From: a bacterium
Lineage (GTDB): Bacteria > Patescibacteriota > Microgenomatia > Curtissbacterales > GWA2-41-24
DNA: 64,000 nucleotides
NCBI GenBank assembly: GCA_021813945.1
Contig: JAKAJD010000001.1
Location: forward strand, 206,115-270,114
Reading direction: 5' to 3'
The stretch's first letter is position 1. Each line of letters begins with the position of its first letter. A program made the translations under genes and the position numbers. Under the pieces are notes generated by a model. It had not been told where the DNA came from. It made no database searches and saw only the letters and a list, made by a program, of their open reading frames with translations. Below are positions 58,456-64,000 of this stretch, piece by piece.

Positions 58456-58671
58456 ATGAAAACTTTCCTATTAATCTTACAACTTGTGGTATCGATCAGC
58501 CTGATAACACTTATTCTTTTACAATCAAAGGGATCAGGGCTCGGTTCGGTTTTTGGAGGTTCGGGTGGCGTTTATCGTTCAAAAAGAGGGATCGAAAAAC
58601 TTTTCGTATATTTAACTGTAATTTTTGCCTTTTTGTTTTTTCTGATTTCAGTCCTTCAAATTTTAATTTAG
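58456..58671 (+). CDS. secG: preprotein translocase subunit SecG
   Basis: ILLQSKGSGLGSVFGG..RGIEK.L, two TMs. Confidence 0.92.
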   Translation: MKTFLLILQLVVSISLITLILLQSKGSGLGSVFGGSGGVYRSKRGIEKLFVYLTVIFAFLFFLISVLQILI

Positions 58672-58675
58672 ATAA

Positions 58676-60049
58676 ATGTCACTTTTATCTGTACGAATAA
58701 GGCGCCTAAAATTTTGGTGGCATTTATTGCTAGCCTACACAAAAAGATACCAGCGTAGAGTGCTAATTTCAGCTTTAATACTCATCCTTATCATCTCAAC
58801 ACTAATAAAGTTATTCCCTATAATAGGGAACGGAAATACAATAACATTAGGCTATGTTGGGAATTACACTATAGAAACAATACCTTCCGAAGTGCTTTCG
58901 CTAGCAACACAGGCACTTATAACAGAAGGCCCAGACGGCAAGGCCCAACCCCAACTGGCATCTCATTGGACGGTTTCGGATGACCAAAAAACTTATACGG
59001 TTTTTTTAAAAGATAATCTGACCTGGCACGATTCAACAACAGTTGATGCCAAAGACATAAGCATTGCAATTTCAAATGTTACTGCAAGCGCAATAAACAA
59101 CAAAACAATCGAATTTCATCTTCCAAATCCGATATCCTCATTTCTCGAAGCTTTGGACAAACCTGTTTTTAAATCAAAAACTTTTTATGGAACCGGGGAA
59201 TTTAGAATTGTAAAAATCGACAAGGTAGATTCAATGATAAAAAGAATAAGACTTCACCCAAAAAACCCAAACTTACCAAAAGTTGAAATTAAATTCTATT
59301 CAACAGAGAAACAAGCTATTGCCGCTTTAAAGATGGGGGATATTAAAGTGTTAAAAGTTGCTAATGTCAAAGCTCTCACGTTATGGCCTAACGTTGATGT
59401 AAAAGTAGCAACCGACAAAAGCTCACTGGTTACCATATTTTTCAAAAACAGCGACCAACTTCTTTCATCTCGAGATTTGCGTCAAGCGCTAAGCTACGCA
59501 ATAAATAAGGACAATTTCGATGGAGAAGCCGCTTATGGCCCTATATCATCTGCAAGCTGGGCATATAATCCATCTGTAAAAAGATACGATTTTAGCCCTG
59601 CAAAGGCAAAAGAGCTTATAGCAAGAACAAATGCCAAAGGCCAAACAATTACACTCTCAGTAATGCCGGGTTTGGATGATGTTGCCAAACAGATCCAAGA
59701 AAATTGGCAAGCAATTGGGATAAACGTGAAACTTAAACCTGAAAAGGGAATACCTTTAAAATTTCAAGCACTTTTAGCGGTAAACCATCTTCCGCCGGAT
59801 CCCGATCAATACGCACTATGGCACTCTACACAAAAATCTACAAATATAACCGATTACGTAAATGTAAAAATAGACAAAATTTTAGAAGATGCAAGATCTA
59901 CACAAGACGATAGCCAAAGAAAAGATTTGTACTTCGATTTTCAACGGTATCTTGTAGAAGACGAACCTGCAGCCTTTTTGTATCACCCCAACACATATCA
60001 GGTAATTTATAAAAACTCAGAAAACATGTTTAAAGAATTGCCACTCTAA
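58676..60049 (+). CDS. ABC transporter family-5 substrate-binding protein (orphan, TM-anchored)
   Basis: LA..WTVSDD..YTV.LK.NL.WHD, GTGEF, LRQALSYAINK, WHSTQ. Confidence 0.82.
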   Translation: MSLLSVRIRRLKFWWHLLLAYTKRYQRRVLISALILILIISTLIKLFPIIGNGNTITLGYVGNYTIETIPSEVLSLATQALITEGPDGKAQPQLASHWTVSDDQKTYTVFLKDNLTWHDSTTVDAKDISIAISNVTASAINNKTIEFHLPNPISSFLEALDKPVFKSKTFYGTGEFRIVKIDKVDSMIKRIRLHPKNPNLPKVEIKFYSTEKQAIAALKMGDIKVLKVANVKALTLWPNVDVKVATDKSSLVTIFFKNSDQLLSSRDLRQALSYAINKDNFDGEAAYGPISSASWAYNPSVKRYDFSPAKAKELIARTNAKGQTITLSVMPGLDDVAKQIQENWQAIGINVKLKPEKGIPLKFQALLAVNHLPPDPDQYALWHSTQKSTNITDYVNVKIDKILEDARSTQDDSQRKDLYFDFQRYLVEDEPAAFLYHPNTYQVIYKNSENMFKELPL

Positions 60050-60061
60050 ACCAAAACTAAG

Positions 60062-61627
60062 CTAACTTGCCAGATTTAGGAAAAACCTTACAAAACCATT
60101 TCCCGAATTCTGTCTAATAAAATTCAACAAATCTCCATGGTCTATTTGTGGAGGATTCGTTTTCCACCACTCGACGTTTTTTTCAAATACATTAGAAGTA
60201 GCGACACTTTCTAAAAGATTAGTGCTTGTGCCTTCTCGGATAGGCTCCCAATTAAATTCACCACCTCTTTCACAAACCATTATATTTTTTCCATCCAGGC
60301 TTTCCCGACCGTCCATGTATATAAATAAAGAAAGTGGGTGGCTTATCCTGTTACCGTTTAGGGGACAGCTGAAAATATTAAAAGAATGAGTATAATTTTT
60401 TGAATAAATATCATTCTTAAGAAGGTTTATATTGTTAAAATTAATCTGGCTTGGACCCAAAAGCCCTAAAGATGTTTTTACAGACACCAAAACTACTAGC
60501 GTGACAAAAGCCATTCCTGTCAAAGCATTCTTTTTATAAAGTTCAAAACAAGCCCAAGACGAGAGGACGATTACCAAAGGATATGCAAATAAGCTGTAAT
60601 AGTTAAATCTCTCGCCACGATAGTATCGATAAATCACAATCTCGAATATAAAAACAAGAAGAATAACAAAAATAGGCCTTTTTAAAGATAAATTTCTGGC
60701 TTCCCGAAAAAGGAAAAGCAAAAGCAGAATAATGATTGCGTACGAAACAATGGAGTTGCCTGATACGATTTCTGACCAAGCCTTCGGCCAATAGGAGAAA
60801 ACGTATGTAAGCCAGCGGTTGGGAACCCAAATTTTATACTGATCAACAAGTAAATAAATCAATAAATTCCTTGTGTCAAACCAGAAATGATAATAATCAA
60901 AATAAACTAAAGGCGAAAATGGCAACACAAATCCGACAATACCGACAATAATACTTACAGCAATATTTTTAAATTTTTTTGAGAAAAAAACGTAAACCAC
61001 TCCAAAAAGAAAAGATGGGGTTAGCAAAATGCCCTGAAAATGAACAGTTATACTGAGTCCTGAAAAAAAACCTAAAAGAAATAAATAATAAATTCTTCCA
61101 TTTTCAATAAATTTCAAAAGCAGAAAAATTATTATCAAAGCGAAAAAAGGCATAATCGAAGGGTTCCAAACGGACAGTGAATTGTTAATAAGGCCAGGAG
61201 AAACCGACGCAAACATCAGGCTAAAAAGTCCAACGTATCTTCCACCAATTTTTGAACCTAAAAAGAAAATGCAAACAAGAAATAGTACGGATAGTAAAGA
61301 CATAAAATACCATACCGTTAAGTATCCCAGGGGATGAGCGTACAAAGTCTCTAGAAACCAATACCACCAAGGGCCGTAAAAAAAAGGGGCAGCAGACGAA
61401 AACTGGCCAATAATTGGAACTTTCCCGTGGTCATAGGCAAAGATCGCTATTTGCGCATCACGCGAATTATCTGCATCTAAATGAACTCTGTTAGCATAGT
61501 TATAAGTTCTAAAGAAAATTCCCAAAGCTACGGCAAAACCGACTAAAAAGTAATAAACTGAAAATCTGTTTGCTAAAGACTTGAGTTTTTCCGCAAAAAT
61601 TTTGACGTTATCCTTGGGCGGTCTCAT
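60062..61627 (-). CDS. GT-C fold membrane glycosyltransferase
   Basis: DNSRD..IG..YGP, WNP, many TMs. Confidence 0.75.
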   Translation of the reverse strand: MRPPKDNVKIFAEKLKSLANRFSVYYFLVGFAVALGIFFRTYNYANRVHLDADNSRDAQIAIFAYDHGKVPIIGQFSSAAPFFYGPWWYWFLETLYAHPLGYLTVWYFMSLLSVLFLVCIFFLGSKIGGRYVGLFSLMFASVSPGLINNSLSVWNPSIMPFFALIIIFLLLKFIENGRIYYLFLLGFFSGLSITVHFQGILLTPSFLFGVVYVFFSKKFKNIAVSIIVGIVGFVLPFSPLVYFDYYHFWFDTRNLLIYLLVDQYKIWVPNRWLTYVFSYWPKAWSEIVSGNSIVSYAIIILLLLFLFREARNLSLKRPIFVILLVFIFEIVIYRYYRGERFNYYSLFAYPLVIVLSSWACFELYKKNALTGMAFVTLVVLVSVKTSLGLLGPSQINFNNINLLKNDIYSKNYTHSFNIFSCPLNGNRISHPLSLFIYMDGRESLDGKNIMVCERGGEFNWEPIREGTSTNLLESVATSNVFEKNVEWWKTNPPQIDHGDLLNFIRQNSGNGFVRFFLNLAS

Positions 61628-63141
61628 CTATAAAACAAACCAGGGTTGATTCCAAAATCGAATGATATCTTTTGCTGCTCATCAGAAAGAGCGTATTTTT
61701 CAATCTTAAAATTATTTTGAAGGTACCATGTTGTAAGCGGCTCATTGTTAATCCTTACCGCCCCGTATTTAAACTTGACTGCTGTTGTTGTTGGATTGTT
61801 AGATGGAGGCTCGTCAATAATGTAAGTAACAGCTCGTTTTGAAAAAGCGTAACCGTTTTTCCTAAAAACCTGATGAGCATACTCCATTGCATAACGAGGT
61901 CCATAGCCAAATATATCCGGCGAATAGATAAAGTAACCAAATTCCTTATCAGGTTGAGAGTATACGATTGACGACGTACTCAAAAGAGCTTTCCAGGAGA
62001 ACTGGTTCTTACCAATGATTTTTTTAGACTGGTCTATAAAGTTAAAAACGGAAATCATGTTTAAAATGTAAATAGCTATAAAAGCGGTAAGAAATAGTTT
62101 GCGGTATTTGGATGTCCAAAAAGAAGAAAATATCAAAAACACAAGTGAGTACATCGGGAAAGTATAGTTGTAAAGAAGGTCGTACCTATTTAAAAGGCTA
62201 AATACAAAAAATCCAAAATAAAAATAACAAAACCATAAGTAAATCTGACGATATTTACTTTCCTTAAACTGCCCAAACAAAAGAATAAAAAAGATTATAG
62301 AAGGAATGACGTTAATATAGGAAAAATTGAAGTGCAAAAATTCCGTGCTTCTGAATACATTTACAAAACGATTAAAAATTATCTCCAAAAAGGAAGAATG
62401 CGGATCACTTGTTCCCAAATGGCGAATGACGTTTCTGACTAAAATATGTTCGTGCCTTAAGTCAAATAATATAAATGTGCTAAATGGTATCGAGTATGCG
62501 CTTAGAAAAATTAAATGCCGAAAGTGTTTACTTTTCCAGCAGATATAGCAAATGGCAAGAACCGAAAGCGCAGAAAGAGGAATTCCAACTGCCATTTGCA
62601 TTTGTATCATTCCGCCGGCAAACAATATATGTAAGAGAAGGTGACGCAACTTAAACGTTTTAATATATCTAACGAATGAAAAGAAGAATAGTGGCAGTAG
62701 AAAAAAAGCTCCATGCGGATTAATAAACTCACGTGTGCGAAAAATCAAGTATACGGAGATTAAAAGAACGTACAAAATTGCGCTATTTTTATTAAATAAG
62801 GATTTTGCAACAAAATAAAAAATCGCGATAAAAGTTATATACAAGATCACCCAGTACCAGCCTAAAAAAACCGGGTTGCCATGACCCATTAAATACCCTG
62901 GATAAGTTAAATAAATCCATAAGGGGCCATGGTATAATCCCCCAACACTTGATCTTGGTCCGATCAGAATCAATTTCTTTTGGTCTACTTCTTTAAAAAT
63001 CCACATATCTCTTGCCACGTCGGCGCTAAAATAAATATCTCCATGTAGCGCGTACCAAGACGCAAAAAAGGCATTTAAAACCAGGAGAAAAACGACAAGA
63101 ATAAGAACAAGCTTTTTATAAGACCATTCAAGTTTTATCAC
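61624..63141 (-). CDS. GT-C fold membrane glycosyltransferase
   Basis: DVARD..LIGPRS..HGP, LFDLRH. Confidence 0.72.
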   Translation of the reverse strand: MIKLEWSYKKLVLILVVFLLVLNAFFASWYALHGDIYFSADVARDMWIFKEVDQKKLILIGPRSSVGGLYHGPLWIYLTYPGYLMGHGNPVFLGWYWVILYITFIAIFYFVAKSLFNKNSAILYVLLISVYLIFRTREFINPHGAFFLLPLFFFSFVRYIKTFKLRHLLLHILFAGGMIQMQMAVGIPLSALSVLAICYICWKSKHFRHLIFLSAYSIPFSTFILFDLRHEHILVRNVIRHLGTSDPHSSFLEIIFNRFVNVFRSTEFLHFNFSYINVIPSIIFFILLFGQFKESKYRQIYLWFCYFYFGFFVFSLLNRYDLLYNYTFPMYSLVFLIFSSFWTSKYRKLFLTAFIAIYILNMISVFNFIDQSKKIIGKNQFSWKALLSTSSIVYSQPDKEFGYFIYSPDIFGYGPRYAMEYAHQVFRKNGYAFSKRAVTYIIDEPPSNNPTTTAVKFKYGAVRINNEPLTTWYLQNNFKIEKYALSDEQQKISFDFGINPGLFYR

Positions 63142-63241
63142 AGCGCGAAGCAGATATACTAAACTTTAGTTGAAATCAGAAAGCTCTGCAATAAGTAGTT
63201 TAATAGGGAAATCCCAGAGTTTTATTAAGAAGAGCTTCTTG

Positions 63242-63316
63242 GGTGGCTGAGGGGACTCGAACCCCCGACATCCGGCTCCACAAGCCAGCGCTCTAACCAA
63301 CTGAGCTACAGCCACC
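63242..63316 (-). tRNA. tRNA-His (GTG)
   Basis: G-1 plus GTGGCTG/CAGCCAC acceptor, C73, CTGGC-TT-GTG-GA-GCCGG anticodon arm. Confidence 0.95.
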
Positions 63317-63381
63317 AAGCATGCAAATTATACCAAAATACAGTTTGATTTATCTTGGAATTTGAAGGTATTATTCAAGAA

Positions 63382-64000
63382 GTGTTTGGAAACTCGCGGC
63401 AAATTATAAGATCAATTATTATTTTTTCACTTGCTTTTTTGTGCTTTGAATATCTTCGCAGCATTTTAAATGGGTATTCAGCATTTTGGTTTGATCCTGC
63501 AAGGGACTTTACTCTCGCGCTTTCTAATCTTAAAAAAATTTCTCTTATCGGCTCACCTACGGGAATACCAAGTGTTTTTTATGGACCTTACTGGATTTGG
63601 CTCATCAGCTTAGGAATGCTAACAACCAAAGATCCGGCACTGATTATAATTTTTCTTCAAGTTATTCCGTATCTTGTCATCTTTCCAGCATTGTTTTTTA
63701 AATTCAAAAAATTCTTTTCAAAAGAAATAATCTTGGCACTTTTATGGCTTTTTTACCTTTCATCAGGAAGTTACATAGTACAAATTTGGAATATAAACTA
63801 TGCTCCGCTGATATTTCTTGCAACAACTTATTTAGTAATCGCTCTCTCAAGCCTAAGAAAACCTACTCTAAAATTTCTTTGTCTTTTTATCATAGCGATT
63901 TTAAACGCGCTTCTTATTAATTTTCATTTCTCTTTCGGTTTTGCTGTCAGCTTATCAACGGTAATTTTTATTACCATATCGCAGCTGAAAGAAATCTTGT
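63382..64000 (+). CDS. GT-C fold membrane glycosyltransferase (runs off the window end; not in the ORF track)
   Basis: GTG start after TATTAT-7nt. Translates MFGNSRQIIRS..FWFDPARDF..LIGSPTG..FYGPYW. Confidence 0.72.
   Translation, partial: MFGNSRQIIRSIIIFSLAFLCFEYLRSILNGYSAFWFDPARDFTLALSNLKKISLIGSPTGIPSVFYGPYWIWLISLGMLTTKDPALIIIFLQVIPYLVIFPALFFKFKKFFSKEIILALLWLFYLSSGSYIVQIWNINYAPLIFLATTYLVIALSSLRKPTLKFLCLFIIAILNALLINFHFSFGFAVSLSTVIFITISQLKEIL

Noticed and set aside
58540-58566. Several TTCGG/TTTGG words inside secG
   Set aside because: Spacing does not fit N6, and they are explained by Gly/Ser codons.
503-62548. Numerous 60-190 aa antisense or alternate-frame ORFs in the track
   Set aside because: They lie within well-supported genes and show no motifs or start signals, so they are treated as shadow ORFs.
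63178-63240. Inverted repeats (AAGCTCT/AGAGCTT) downstream of tRNA-His
   Set aside because: Short and AT-rich. At most a weak terminator or processing stem.
1-64000. CRISPR array, integrase, transposase, prophage or intein
   Set aside because: No regularly spaced repeats or such genes were seen. The holin-family gene at 57001 is the chromosomal YvlD type with no phage context.
1-64000. Alternative genetic code (TGA=Gly, code 25)
   Set aside because: Conserved genes such as polX, gatA, rnhB and uvrA end at TGA at the expected lengths.

Overview
A 64-kb, AT-rich, densely packed chromosomal segment using genetic code 11 (TGA is a stop). Gene content and style suggest a Patescibacteria (CPR) genome, probably Microgenomates (inference). 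Core genes include PolX/PHP, lemA, prs-pyrF-pyrE-pyrD-like, htpX, gatCAB, dnaE, rplS-rnhB-yraN, xseAB, holA, ppsA-eno-gpmI, rsmI, lexA, uvrB/uvrA/uvrC, dinB, yvcK and secG. There are also five GT-C-type membrane glycosyltransferases, three tRNAs (Glu, Lys, His) and scattered ORFans. No CRISPR array, integrase or transposase was seen. The most notable unannotated structure is: (1) a ~58-nt standalone sRNA candidate at 36361-36418 (minus) with its own TTGACA-17-TATAAA promoter and two GCAA-tetraloop hairpins; (2) a direct-repeat LexA operator candidate (TTCGG-N6-TTYGG) at lexA, uvrA and a two-gene cassette (81-aa unknown protein + DinB); (3) a duplicated tRNA-Lys 3' end with a GCGAAGC hairpin inserted in the T-loop; (4) a REP-like palindromic element at two intergenic sites; (5) widespread -10 boxes directly upstream of start codons (leaderless architecture), including a 14-bp bidirectional promoter; and (6) a frameshifted DUF72 remnant. 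All product calls come from motif recognition by eye, not database searches.
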